Numbered from the whole stretch's first letter, positions 1 to 10,454 are shown. The stretch is 63,779 nt of DNA, filler included, from Salisapilia sapeloensis CBS 127946 (GCA_023334545.1; 13 parts of 13 records of this genome joined end to end with filler, not necessarily neighbours in it); one strand, 5' to 3'. The notes: generated by a model from the letters alone, not told the origin. Numbers and translations: made by a program.

Positions 1-141
1 GTGCGAGACCATCAGCGTCTCGAACGGCAGGTGCTGGGCGCACGGCGGAGGCAAGAGGTGTCTGTATGACGGCTGCAACAAGCCTGCTTACGGACGGACG
101 GAGCACCTTTGTCGAGCTCATTATCAGGCTCAAGACAAGTG
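1..141. repeat. Exact 141-bp inverted terminal repeat, left copy (partner 4819-4959)
   Basis: 1-141 (gtgcgagacc...caagacaagtg) is the exact reverse complement of 4819-4959; the first mismatch is at position 142. Confidence 0.97.
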
Positions 142-154
142 CGGTACAATATGA
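2..154 (+). CDS. 3' end of WRKY19-like CxxxGCxK/HGGG zinc-finger repeat protein (5' truncated)
   Basis: Frame from base 2 reads CETISVSNGRCWAHGGGKRCLYDGCNKPAYGRTEHLCRAHYQAQDKCGTI*. The C-x-x-HGGGKRC-x3-GC-x-K pattern is typical of this oomycete-expanded family. Confidence 0.8.
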   Translation, partial: CETISVSNGRCWAHGGGKRCLYDGCNKPAYGRTEHLCRAHYQAQDKCGTI

Positions 155-2050
155 AGTTATGGTTGGAACGCTCTGTGGTGCTGCATGAGCTCGTGTGTTG
201 CTCATGCTTGTATCCCTCCTCGACGCACGGAGGGCTCGAACTTTCCACAGTCCCTCGCCGAAGTAGTTTAGTCAAGGAAGCGGGAAAGAGAGAGATAGTT
301 TGCGCTGTAAAAGTTGAATGATCCTCATCCGGTAGAGCGGTTCGTAGCGCGTTGTAGCGTAGTCTTTGGGAGGTAGCAAAACGATGACTGATGAGATACA
401 CGTTTTGAAGCCACCGGTACTGGTACCTGCTGTTCCTAAAGTAACGCAGCTAATCGGCACTTCTCGCCGACGTGTGCGTATGAATACCCAGTAATCGCGT
501 TTGATGTGCACCTCGTGCACGGTTCGTGCTCAAATACTAGCCAATCGACCATGACGACACGAGTAACGAATTCGTAGCCTATATGCTGTACGATTGCAAT
601 ACTCATTGTCGATCCTCTTCGAGTTCGTAGAAGTAGAAACTTGGAAAAGAAAAGAGCACGTACTGTCGAGTGCAGAAAGCTCCGATCAGCAGTATGTAAA
701 GTTCGAATCAGGATCTAATCCAGGACGGAAGAGATGCACTCTTAAGCTGTGGTTGTAGCTTGATTAGATTTGCAGTCTAGGCATCGTAGTACCCAGCAAC
801 CCTCAATCTGCAACTACAACTTCGTTGTGTGTTGGGTATGATCCATGATCACGAAGCACTTTAGGCGATTGAAGCTACCTATGGGTAATGCATAACTGTA
901 AAATACTTGGCGATCTAAATGTAACCGTTGACATTCAACTTTGACTTGATAGTACTTCAACAATTTCTCCCAAGTGTCCAGAGTCGTTTCTTGGCTATAA
1001 AAATTCCTATTGCAAAAGGTAGGTGGATGCAATCCGCTTCTTATTGTCTACTGAAACGTTTGGTGCAAAGCTTGTGGATAACTATAGCGAAGCGAGGAAG
1101 GTAAGCTGGAATGAAATATGTGGAAACTACGATTGGAACAAGAGACTACGTGACATGTGGGCGATATGATATGCCCACTAGCCATCACGTGCATGCACTT
1201 GGGAATCGTCTGCATTTCGAGCAATGAGCTGCAAAAAGGGAAAAAAGAAAACTATGTCAAGGCAAAGGCTATAATTATAGAAACAAGCGATTTCTAGCTC
1301 TATCAAGTGTAGATATATCCGATAAATTTTACGCAAAGAAAAGAACATGAGAATGGACCGAATCATGGACTGAAAGATACAAGCTATTCTAGCTCCTTCG
1401 CTGTATGCAGATATCTATAGATATAAACATATGAGTCAATGATCAAAGTTTTCGGCTTATTTGCATGCTTCCACCTCGTCCACCTCATAACTAAAGCTAG
1501 ATCTACATTCGCTTTGATATGATTTTTACTGAAAGCTTGGCTATTTCGTGCTCTAAATTATCCTTTTCCTTTATGCAAAGGTAAGTGCTGGGCTTCTTGT
1601 ACTTTACAGTGCAAGTGAATAGCTCTACAAGACTCTGGTGTGTTGACTAGTTTCTAAATAATCAGATAGATCGACCTCTATCCAAGCATGCAAACTACTT
1701 TCGATTGTCCTGCTCGCACCGACCAAGGCTCAGTTAATGGTCAAAACTAACAGCAAGCCCCTCTCAGTCCTACGTTGAATGCAGTTAAAGCTGGATTGAC
1801 ATGTAGCTGACTACACACTTTGGCCGGTCAGAAGCGGCTCGAAGATTTTAATGGAAATGACAATAGAACTTCCTGCAATACTTGATGGTCAAAGGACGTT
1901 CGCGTCAAGTTTGAAAGGTCCAAATGAAACGGAAAGGAACAGATCGCTCCTCGTACAGGTATGTGCACACTAGCTGAAACTAGATTTAAGCAAATGAAGG
2001 AAGATGAAATCTGATTGACAAAATGCTTATATTCGTAGCATTCACATCCC

Positions 2051-2956
2051 TTAGTACTTGAAGACGCCGTTCTGCGAGTAACCGAGGTCCTTGAGCACAC
2101 CGGTGAGTTCACCCTGGCTCTTGTCCTTCGCCTTGTCTCCCGAGATGGCGTTCATCATCGGCGGCGGGCCGCAGACGCAGATGAGGTTGTCGTCACTCGG
2201 CGCAGGCAAGAGATCCTTGATCAAGTCCTTGGTGACGAAGCCCTTGTATCCCTCCCAGGCCTCGCTGGGGCTGTCGAGGACGTGGTGGACCTTGAGCTGC
2301 GGGTACATGTACTCGAGTGCATCGAGCTCGTCCTTGATAATGATGTCGTTCTCTGTCTTGTTGGCGTAGATGAGCGTGATCTCCGTGTTGTCCTGCGGGT
2401 CTCGGCAGGCAGTCTTCACGAGCTGGAGCATGGGCGTGAGTCCCGAGCCACCGGCAATGAGGCCAAGCTTCTTGTACATGTTGCGCTTGTACTCGAACTT
2501 TTGCAACGGGCCCTTGAGCTCAAGGGTGTCACCTTCCTTAAGGTCAGTAATGTGCTTGGACAAGTTGCCCTGAGGGTATCCCTTAACGACAAGCTCGAGG
2601 TATCCCTTCTCGTCGTTCAGGTTGACCGGCGTGTACGGGCGGATGACGTTCTTGCCGTCGATCTGGGCCTTGGCCAAGAGGCACGAAGCAGTGGTGACAC
2701 CCATCTCCGTGTCCGGCGTCGGGAGAGCGAAGACGACGCGCTTGGTGTCGTGCGTCACGTTCTCGACCTTTTGCACCTTGAATTCGCGCCATTCGTTCGG
2801 GTTGAGTGCCACCTTGGTGTCGTCACCACCGGCATTCTGGGTCGTGGCGGAGGCCGAGAAGGAGGCAAGGCCGAGTGCAGCCGCCGTAACGGAGGCAGCG
2901 GCCTTGGCAGCCGTCGGCTGGGGCATCGAGCGGAACAGTCCTTGGAGCATCTTCAC
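2051..2956 (-). CDS. NADH-cytochrome b5 reductase, probably mitochondrial (MCR1-like)
   Basis: 301 aa, intronless; FAD motif RPYTP, NAD motifs GGSGLTPMLQ and CGPPPM; Ala-rich N-terminal targeting/anchor segment. Confidence 0.95.
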   Translation of the reverse strand: MKMLQGLFRSMPQPTAAKAAASVTAAALGLASFSASATTQNAGGDDTKVALNPNEWREFKVQKVENVTHDTKRVVFALPTPDTEMGVTTASCLLAKAQIDGKNVIRPYTPVNLNDEKGYLELVVKGYPQGNLSKHITDLKEGDTLELKGPLQKFEYKRNMYKKLGLIAGGSGLTPMLQLVKTACRDPQDNTEITLIYANKTENDIIIKDELDALEYMYPQLKVHHVLDSPSEAWEGYKGFVTKDLIKDLLPAPSDDNLICVCGPPPMMNAISGDKAKDKSQGELTGVLKDLGYSQNGVFKY

Positions 2957-3120
2957 TTGTTCTTGTCGGATTCGATCGGAAAATGATCGAAATTAGAAGT
3001 CGATCTGCGGCCAAGAAACTCTCAAGTAATTCAAGAAAAAATTCAAACACGCTCGTGGGAGCGAATCAAAACGCTCTGCATGTTTACGCAATCGAAAGAC
3101 AATTTCTCATACTCTTTTTC

Positions 3121-4473
3121 TTAGCTGCCCGTCACGCAGCCCTCCGGTAGGTGCCCCGTCTCGTTCAGACACTTGAGACTCCAGTTCCCCAGCGCATCTG
3201 TCTGGAGGATTGTGATGCTCGAGTTCGCGACACTCAATTTGCCCCACATGCCACTCGGGTCCGACGCGCCCATTCCCTTGCAAGCCAAGTACTTGATCAC
3301 GTTTGCGTGGGTTACCACGACGCGGACATTCACCTTGCGCTTCTCGGCAGCCTCATCGCCGTTGGAGTAGTCCATTGGCGTCTGGAATTTGAGCAGACTC
3401 CTCTCCACCACCTTCATGCGCGCATGGTCCGAGGCCATGTACGCCAATCGTTGCTTCGGCAGCTTTTGCTGGTTCGTCGACGGCAGCGGAGGACACGGCC
3501 ACGCTTCGCGCAGTAACTTGCACTCGACCACTTGTCCGTCCTGCTGCACGACCGAAGGAGCCGTTTCAGGAAGACCCCACTTTTCGTCGCCACTACTCAG
3601 CTTTTGCTGGATGTACGCAGCAGTCTGTTGCGTCCGACGGACTCCGCTGTGGTAGACGACCGGCTCGTCGTTAAAGTCCACGCGACGGAGGTACTTTGCA
3701 ATGTACTCGCCCGTCGCCTCGGCCTGGGTCTGCCCAAGCCTCGTCAATGGCATCGACATGTCCTCGTCCAAGTCCTTGCTCGGCTGTCCGTTGTGCGCCA
3801 TCAAGTACTCTCCGTGACGCACCAGGATGATGTGGGTCGTCTTGGACGTGTTGACGTACATGGATGCCGACGTAGGGGGGACGCACGTGGCGTTGGCAGC
3901 AATACGGATGGCCGTCATCCAGTCAATCATATCCCTCACACTCTCTGCCTGCAACACTCGCGTGCAGTCGTCCGTCTGGATGGAGAAGGAATTGTTGTCC
4001 ATTCTCTCTAGCTGCGTCGTCGGAGACAAGTCAAACTTTCCCTTGAGCGCACCGCACTTGATTTCCGAGTTGGAACTCGTCGTATCGAGCGTATAGTAGC
4101 TCAGCTCTTGTCCTCTCAGTACAAACATCCTCTATATCAGCAGTCAGTTTCGATCATCCTCTATATGCAGAGTTAAAAGTACTCGTGGGGGACGAACCTG
4201 AATGAAGCGAGAGAGCTGGTCCGGGTTCCTCTTTTTGAGGACGCCTTCCATTAGGACGTCGTGGGTGAACAAGTGGAGACCAATGTCTTCCAAACTTTTT
4301 TCCTCAAACACATTCGACGAGTCTCGGAGGCCGGACGGACGCACGAGCGTGCCGCCCATGGCGTTCAGTCCCGCCCATAGCGACGAACGGGTGTTCGGGT
4401 TGGAAGATGTGTTTGGCGAGTCGTTAAACCCCGCTGGGCTCTTCGTCATGGGGCTCTTGGTGATGGTGCTCAT
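3121..4473 (-). CDS. PH domain + PGAM5-like histidine phosphatase (2 exons: 4473-4198, 4131-3121)
   Basis: A GT-AG intron at 4197-4132 joins LKKRNPDQLSRFIQ to RMFVLRGQELSYY...DWMTAI (PH domain). This is followed by IILVRHGEY, RTQQTA, VVTHANVIKY and LNETGHLP (histidine phosphatase motifs as in PGAM5). Confidence 0.85.
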
Positions 4474-4790
4474 CCTTGGTACTTGATAGTGAAGAAGAGC
4501 GAAAGTGACTCGAAACAACAGATAGCCGGAGGTCTTGAGAATCATATGGCATCCCAGAAGCAAACGTGGATTGCCAAATAGTGGTCCATATCCTCCGACA
4601 ACCAATAAAATACAACTCTATTTGAACCTGATGATTAGACGCTTTTGTCGATGGACTTGGGAGATTGACATCCTCCGAACGTTACAAAGGTTTGGACGAG
4701 CATTTTCTACTTATTTACAGAAGGGATGGAAGCATGAGCGACGAATGATCTCCAATGCCGACCAGTGTCCTACCCTCTCCGACACGTATT

Positions 4791-4958
4791 TTACCTCTGT
4801 CGGACACGTAGTGTACCACACTTGTCTTGAGCCTGATAATGAGCTCGACAAAGGTGCTCCGTCCGTCCGTAAGCAGGCTTGTTGCAGCCGTCATACAGAC
4901 ACCTCTTGCCTCCGCCGTGCGCCCAGCACCTGCCGTTCGAGACGCTGATGGTCTCGCA
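4791..4958 (-). CDS. 3' end of second WRKY19-like zinc-finger paralog (5' truncated)
   Basis: Same peptide as 2-154 up to QAQDKCGT, then LRVRQR*. Confidence 0.8.
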   Translation of the reverse strand, partial: CETISVSNGRCWAHGGGKRCLYDGCNKPAYGRTEHLCRAHYQAQDKCGTLRVRQR

Positions 4959-4959
4959 C
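4819..4959. repeat. Exact 141-bp inverted terminal repeat, right copy (partner 1-141)
   Basis: Direct sequence comparison. Confidence 0.97.
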
Positions 4960-5059
4960 NNNNNNNNNNNNNNNNNNNNNNNNNNNNNNNNNNNNNNNNN
5001 NNNTTAATTAATTAANNNNNNNNNNNNNNNNNNNNNNNNNNNNNNNNNNNNNNNNNNNN
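4960..5059. other. Artificial contig linker (44 N + TTAATTAATTAA + 44 N); same linker at 7208-7307, 12450-12549, 15115-15214, 19975-20074, 22594-22693, 24161-24260, 29733-29832, 34544-34643, 56562-56661, 59553-59652, 62396-62495
   Basis: Identical 100-bp spacer with stops in all six frames occurs 12 times. Genes are cut off mid-CDS on either side, so neighbouring contigs are not necessarily adjacent in the genome. Confidence 0.99.
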
Positions 5060-5141
5060 CGCCTGCTGCGGATGCCACCGGTAAGTCTAGTGCCGCTTCG
5101 CCTGCTGCGGATGCCACCGGTAAGTCTAGTGCCGCTTCGCC
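5060..5141. repeat. 39-bp tandem repeat (coding SPAADATGKSSAA), at least 2 copies, cut by contig start
   Basis: cgcctgctgcggatgccaccggtaagtctagtgccgctt occurs twice exactly, then degenerates. Confidence 0.95.
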
Positions 5142-5454
5142 CGGTGCAGATGCTACTGCTTCTTCTGGTGCTGCCAGCCCTACCGCTGCTTCGGGTGGTG
5201 CCGGTGCTACGGCTAGTTCAAGTGCCACGAGCCCTGCCGCAGATTCTTCTGGTGCCACTACCACTTCGGGTGGTATGGACTCCACTCCCTCTGCAATGGG
5301 CGGATCGACCGCCGCCAACGCCCCCACAAGTAGCGGCATGTTCTCTAGTGGTTCTACCGACACTTTCGGTTCTGGTTCGGACGGCGCTGCTTCGATGTCC
5401 GCTGCCGGTGCCGCCGTCACGGTCACGGCTGCTGTCGCCGCTTACTTCATGTAA
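5062..5454 (+). CDS. Ala/Ser/Gly-rich small surface protein with GPI-signal-like C-terminus (5' truncated)
   Basis: Frame reads PAADATGKSSAAS...SMSAAGAAVTVTAAVAAYFM*, with the same C-terminus as 6638-7033. Confidence 0.8.
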   Translation, partial: PAADATGKSSAASPAADATGKSSAASPGADATASSGAASPTAASGGAGATASSSATSPAADSSGATTTSGGMDSTPSAMGGSTAANAPTSSGMFSSGSTDTFGSGSDGAASMSAAGAAVTVTAAVAAYFM

Positions 5455-5941
5455 ATTGGCGTGTCGGTGCTAGACGTGCAAACTTTAAAACTTGCGTTTT
5501 AAAGCGCTCAGCGTCTCGGACGAAGCTCGGTCATTTGTGCATTAGGAACAGGATTCTACCATGACGGTGTTTTCCTTCTATCAGCCGACTAGTTTGAGGT
5601 GGTAGTACTATTCGTAGCAACACATCTCACTGGACGTTCATGTAGATGTGCATTTCTTTTCATTTTCTAAGCTTGACAATAAAAACCATTTTGCATGGTA
5701 CATATCGTTTTCCTGTAAACGGTTCGTCTACATCCAAGTTTCCATATCTTGATGGGTTTCGGATACATCGTTTGATGGTGAAATTACACTACGTTTTTGC
5801 TCCAATCGGGATTGCGTAGACTATGCTTAACTTGCGAGCTCGTGCGTCAGATGAATATCGGCGACGGAGCGAGAGCAAAAGGAAAAAAAAGAGGATTATG
5901 CTCCAAAGGTAGATGGAAAATTACCAAAAGCTAGTTTACCT

Positions 5942-6582
5942 CTATCGCTGTAACGATAAGAAGTAAAAGGATCGCGGAGTGTAGGCAAAAGGTACTTTAA
6001 TTCTGATGCAACCGCTTAGGAGGATACAGGACATGCTTTGAGTAAAAGCTCGGCGACTACTTGAAAAGATGGTTATGCTGAAGACCTTCCGCGTTACTGA
6101 AAGAGATGACAGCGAAGAAATATAATTTCGATGCTGAGGAGCATTTGTCCGAGGAACTGTAAGAACACTATGGTCAAAGTCGTAGCGTACGGCTAGGCCG
6201 TTAGGCGAGCATGCGACTAGCGCATACTCGGGACGGACGTTGGACATAAGAAGTGTTTTGAAATCAAAGTACCTCACTTCCTAAAAAATTGTCAAAATCG
6301 CATCAGAAAGAGGAGGATGTAGCATGGTTGACATCTCGAAAGAATCAGTTAAACCAGCGCATTTCGACGGTAGCTCGGCTCGTTTCGCAGTAAGAAGTTC
6401 AGATCGAGCTTGTATTACACGATTACTCTGCTGCGATTAAGCCATTGGATAATGCACCAGCAGTTGAAGAAGGTTGCGACTCCACGAGCCTGTACAAAGC
6501 TTTCTACATCCTTTTGTCTCATAGCACTCGGATACGCTTCGCTCGTCAGGTCGACAACCTGATCCAAGCTCGCATCGGAGCT
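5942..6582 (-). CDS. Possible small multi-exon hypothetical protein (boundaries uncertain)
   Basis: Two collinear minus-strand ORFs (MSSDASLDQVV...WLNRSR and EVRYFDFKTLLMSNVRPEYA...) with plausible GT/AG sites; no recognisable family. Confidence 0.25.
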
Positions 6583-6637
6583 CATTCTCAAACTTGCCAG
6601 CAATTCGCCTCCGCAAAACACTAGTTAACGCTCAACC

Positions 6638-7033
6638 ATGAAGATTTTTGGATTGCTCGCTCTTGCTTCTTCTCTCGCTGTCGCTGCCAGTCAGGCCGCT
6701 GGAGGAGGTGCCGATGGTAATGCTGCTGGAGGTGCCGGTGGAGCTGGGGCTGATGGTAATGCTGCTGGAGGTGGCACCGCTACAGCAAATTGGGGCGGTT
6801 ATGGCGCTGGTGGTAACGCTGCTGGAGGTGGCGGCGCTACAGCCACCTGGGGTGGTGCTGGTACTGGTGGAAATGCTGGTGGAGGTGGTGCCGCAGATGC
6901 TACCGCTGCGAATGCCCAAAAGAACGGAGACATGCCTTCCAGTGCATCTACCGACGCTTCTAGTTCTGCTTCGCTGTCCGCTGCCGGTGCCGCCGTCACG
7001 GTCACGGCCGCTGTCGCCGCTTACTTCATGTAA
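6638..7033 (+). CDS. Secreted Gly/Ala-rich protein with signal peptide and GPI-signal-like C-terminus
   Basis: MKIFGLLALASSLAVAAS signal peptide; repeated GADGNAAGGG units; hydrophobic tail SLSAAGAAVTVTAAVAAYFM*. Confidence 0.85.
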   Translation: MKIFGLLALASSLAVAASQAAGGGADGNAAGGAGGAGADGNAAGGGTATANWGGYGAGGNAAGGGGATATWGGAGTGGNAGGGGAADATAANAQKNGDMPSSASTDASSSASLSAAGAAVTVTAAVAAYFM

Positions 7034-7309
7034 GCTGGCATGCCTGTGCTAGGCTTGGAGGCTTCAGAGCGCAATTTTTGAAGCGCTCAGCCTCTCGGAC
7101 GGAGTTCGGTTATTTGTGCATTAGGAACGGGATTTGACCACGACGGTGCTTTTCCTTCTATCGGCCGACTTTGTCTGGATGGCAGCACTCTTCCTAGCGA
7201 TGCATTCNNNNNNNNNNNNNNNNNNNNNNNNNNNNNNNNNNNNNNNNNNNNTTAATTAATTAANNNNNNNNNNNNNNNNNNNNNNNNNNNNNNNNNNNNN
7301 NNNNNNNAG

Positions 7310-7432
7310 AACGGACCCTTCGACCCGCTCACGAGAGACAAGGTCACGCTCCACCAGCTCCGACCCAACAGAGCCATCCAGCTTGCCATCTACGACTACC
7401 TTGACAGAAACCCATGGGCCTTTGAGTACTAA
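7310..7432 (+). CDS. STUB1: C-terminal U-box end of CHIP/STUB1-like E3 ubiquitin ligase (5' truncated)
   Basis: NGPFDPLTRDKVTLHQLRPNRAIQLAIYDYLDRNPWAFEY* matches the CHIP U-box terminus (FDPxTR...LxPNxA...NxW..Y). Confidence 0.8.
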   Translation, partial: NGPFDPLTRDKVTLHQLRPNRAIQLAIYDYLDRNPWAFEY

Positions 7433-7660
7433 GCTAGCGCAGCTGAGGAAAATAGAAAATTGTACTTTTGCTTAGAAGGTTTAGTCAGTATGGATACTTT
7501 TGTAGTACGTAATCATAGAAATTCGACACGCTTAACAGATCCCCCCAAATCTGCTGATAAAAATAGATTTCTTTGTCACTATTAATAGCTCAAATGTTTG
7601 GCTTCCATAGCTATGTGTCAAAATCTGTCTCGCGCTCATTAGGTCCTCCGCATCGTAGAT

Positions 7661-9184
7661 ATGACTGGTATCAATCCAGTACAAGTGTCGAATCAGCAGG
7701 AACATTTAGACAAATTCCTACGTCCGCACTTGAGTGAAAACCCTACCAAGATCACTCGAGTGACCAACTACATCGCCGACATCGATGGGGCTAGACCACG
7801 CTACAAGAGCACTGAATTCACAAAGAACCGTCCGTGGCTGCATGATCCGCAGGACATTCCCGGTACGAAAAGCAACCGTCTACACCCGATTAATCGCAAT
7901 GTCGGACAAGATGAGCGCTTTCAGCAGCTGCCTGTCGAAGGTATTGTATCAACTATTTTTGTGCTATACTTTTGAGCAGATATGTGATTCCGTACGGACT
8001 AGGATCCCGTCCGCGTCAGTCCGGTTTCCATACCAAACGGACGTGCAACCCCCTCGCGCCAGAGTACAAACTACCGACGTTTGTCAGAGCTGCCGAGGTA
8101 GCTGAGCTCTTGCCAATATCGTTTAGAAACACAATGATGATGGTATATTGTTGCTAGCCTCCGCCAAAATTCCTACGAGATAGTTATAACGTATCAGACA
8201 TTGAAGGAACGTCGAAAAAGCCCACGATCATTGACCAGCCTCGAGATATCTTGAAGCTGGTACGCAACTCTATCTTCAGGTCACCAAGATACAAGACCTG
8301 ACATGTTTGTCGTAGGATGATATTCCAGGAGCCCATGCAGGATGGCGACCTCGACATCGGCGGGAATCTCTGGAGCACCCACCTCGCGATATTATTAATG
8401 TCCAGGACATCACGGACCCTGGCTTTCGCTCTACCCGTGTTACGTACGCTCCACATCTAACGCTCTACAACTACTCCATCTAACGACTTGTATCAATCCT
8501 AGGAATGTCCTCAATCCCGTCTACGAAGTGAACGGCATGACGTACCAAGACGATGAACTGAGCCATCCGTCTGCCCTCCATCCGCCCAAGAACAAGGTCT
8601 CGTACGTACTGGAGACGGCTGACATCAAGGTAGTATCTATAGTTCTGCTCTTTCATCCTCTTCCAACTTTCCACTCGTAGGGAGCCAACTCGACGGATCC
8701 CAAGGACCGTGTCGTGGCGAGGATCCCGAATGTCCTCCGTCGTCACTATATCCATACGAACAAGACGGAGGATATTCCAGGCGCTCAGGCCAACACCACC
8801 CAGCGGACACTCCGTAGCGAGCGTCGAGTGGACCCGACGTTCCCGGACTACATCGCGCTCGACGGCCAGCACGCCGACATGCACGAGATGTGTCTTGGCC
8901 GGAACGTCGTATACGCCAGCAAGGCGCAGGAGCAAGAGTCCATCATCGCCGCGTACCGGCAGAGGCACCAGCTGGACGTCCCACTCCCGTACGTTACGGC
9001 AGGCATTTCGAACATCGGGCAGCTCCCTCCGTTCCGACCAGGACAAAAGTGGGTTCCTCCTCGACCAGCTCAGAGCACACCCAAGAGCAGTAGGACGTCT
9101 GGGAGTAGCAAAGCGACTCCAATGCAGAAGCAGCAGGACAAACGGCGGCAGGAAGAGATCGCACTCGTAAAGTCTCTGTCGTAG
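7661..9184 (+). CDS. Multi-exon protein built of DI-x-G(A/T) and R-x-x-(N/D)P-x-x-P-x-Y repeats; function unknown, possibly ciliary
   Basis: Exons linked by short GT-AG introns give DIDGARPR, DIPGTKS, DIEGTSKK, DIPGAHAG, DIKGANS, DIPGAQAN and RTCNPLAPEY, RVTNVLNPVY, RRVDPTFPDY. Confidence 0.7.
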
Positions 9185-9197
9185 ATGCAAAACATGT

Positions 9198-10454
9198 TCA
9201 AGTTAAATCTAACTCGTCCTCCTTCTTCCTACTCGGTTTCTTGACTCGATCAAAGAATTTCTTCGACTTGGAGCTGTCGGCACGCTGAGGCGGCGGCGGA
9301 GCGAACTCGAGCGAGTCAAAGTCAAAGTCGTCGGCCGGACTCCCGTCTCCATCCGACAGGAGATCGATATCGTTGAGCGTGTCGTTCACGTCGTCCATGG
9401 CGCTCTGAGCAGCCGCCGCGGCGGATGCCATGCCACTCTGCTTTTTCTTCGAAGGCTTCGCAGCCGGCACGTCGTCCATATAGGGCAGCTGGAGGGTGCG
9501 CACGAGCTTCCCGACCTCTGTGTCAAGGACCTGGAAGGCCTGTCGCTTAGTGGTTTTCCCCAAGAGCTCTTCGCTACTGGTTTTAAACGCTCGAAGGAGG
9601 TCGTCGGCTAGCTCACACGGGTCAGATGAGAGGTAGCTGTCGTCCTGGAGGTGTCGCATGTGGGCCTCATCCGCGGCCGCCACATCTCCTACCGCCAAGT
9701 ACAGCACGACCTCACTCAAGTGACACTTGTGGACACTATGGTCCTGCGACATTTCCTTGTAATTGTCCTTCTCCCGACGTAGATTGGTCAGCGCTTGGTC
9801 GTATTTACGTTTTTTCACGAGATAACTCGTCGTCTTCCGATACGTTTCGGCCGAAAAGTGTGCTTTGCCCTGGGTTTCCACTAGATCCGATGCCTGGAGA
9901 TATAGGTCACTCACGTCCTCTGCGCCATGCTTGTCGCAGGCCGTCGCGGCCTTGACGAGAGCCTCGGCGGCCTTCCCTAACTCCCCCATGTCGGCGTAGT
10001 GGCCACTCGCAGTCTCGTACGCCGACCGGAGTTCATTTCGAGCCTGCTCCCGACGATTGGAAGATGAGAACTGCCGGTGTCGGAACTGGTCCTCGACGAT
10101 CTTGGCGATCTGCTCACTGTGCTGCGCAGCCTTAAAGCTCGATCCGTTCCGCTTTTGAGTCGCGGCGGCTCGAGCAAAGACTTTTTTGGCTTCTTCCAAC
10201 TCGTTCGCAGCTCGGTAAGCCTCGGCTGCTTTTTCTAAGTACGGAGCCGCGGCCATGTAGTCCGCACTCCACTTGAAAGCGCTCGTCGAAAGCGCTTTTT
10301 CAGCCAGTTTGAGCTGTTCCTGGGCCTCGGCGAGTTTCTTGGTCTGGACTTTGGACCGTTCCTTTTCACGCTTGTCTCGTTCCTTTTCTCGCTTTTCCAT
10401 GTCCTTATCTTCCTTATTCTTCTTCTTCCCGAACATGATGATGGACGTGGGCAA
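9198..10454 (-). CDS. NAPG: Gamma-soluble NSF attachment protein (gamma-SNAP)
   Basis: AEKALSTSAFKWSADYMAAAPYLEKAAEAYR and downstream TPR-like helices as in gamma-SNAP; acidic tail EDELDLT. The start may be the MFGKKK Met. Confidence 0.85.
   Translation of the reverse strand: MPTSIIMFGKKKNKEDKDMEKREKERDKREKERSKVQTKKLAEAQEQLKLAEKALSTSAFKWSADYMAAAPYLEKAAEAYRAANELEEAKKVFARAAATQKRNGSSFKAAQHSEQIAKIVEDQFRHRQFSSSNRREQARNELRSAYETASGHYADMGELGKAAEALVKAATACDKHGAEDVSDLYLQASDLVETQGKAHFSAETYRKTTSYLVKKRKYDQALTNLRREKDNYKEMSQDHSVHKCHLSEVVLYLAVGDVAAADEAHMRHLQDDSYLSSDPCELADDLLRAFKTSSEELLGKTTKRQAFQVLDTEVGKLVRTLQLPYMDDVPAAKPSKKKQSGMASAAAAAQSAMDDVNDTLNDIDLLSDGDGSPADDFDFDSLEFAPPPPQRADSSKSKKFFDRVKKPSRKKEDELDLT

Noticed and set aside
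1-4959. Terminal inverted repeats read as transposon TIRs or as ends of a linear virus or plasmid (also 12550-15114 and 24261-29732)
   Set aside because: No transposase, polymerase or capsid inside; two of the three repeats are ordinary gene 3' ends; the identical 141-bp length points to k-mer overlaps at graph junctions.
5004-5015. Palindromic TTAATTAATTAA recurring 12 times (PacI-like or piggyBac TTAA-like motif)
   Set aside because: Always centred in exactly 44 N + 44 N; it is an artificial six-frame stop linker.
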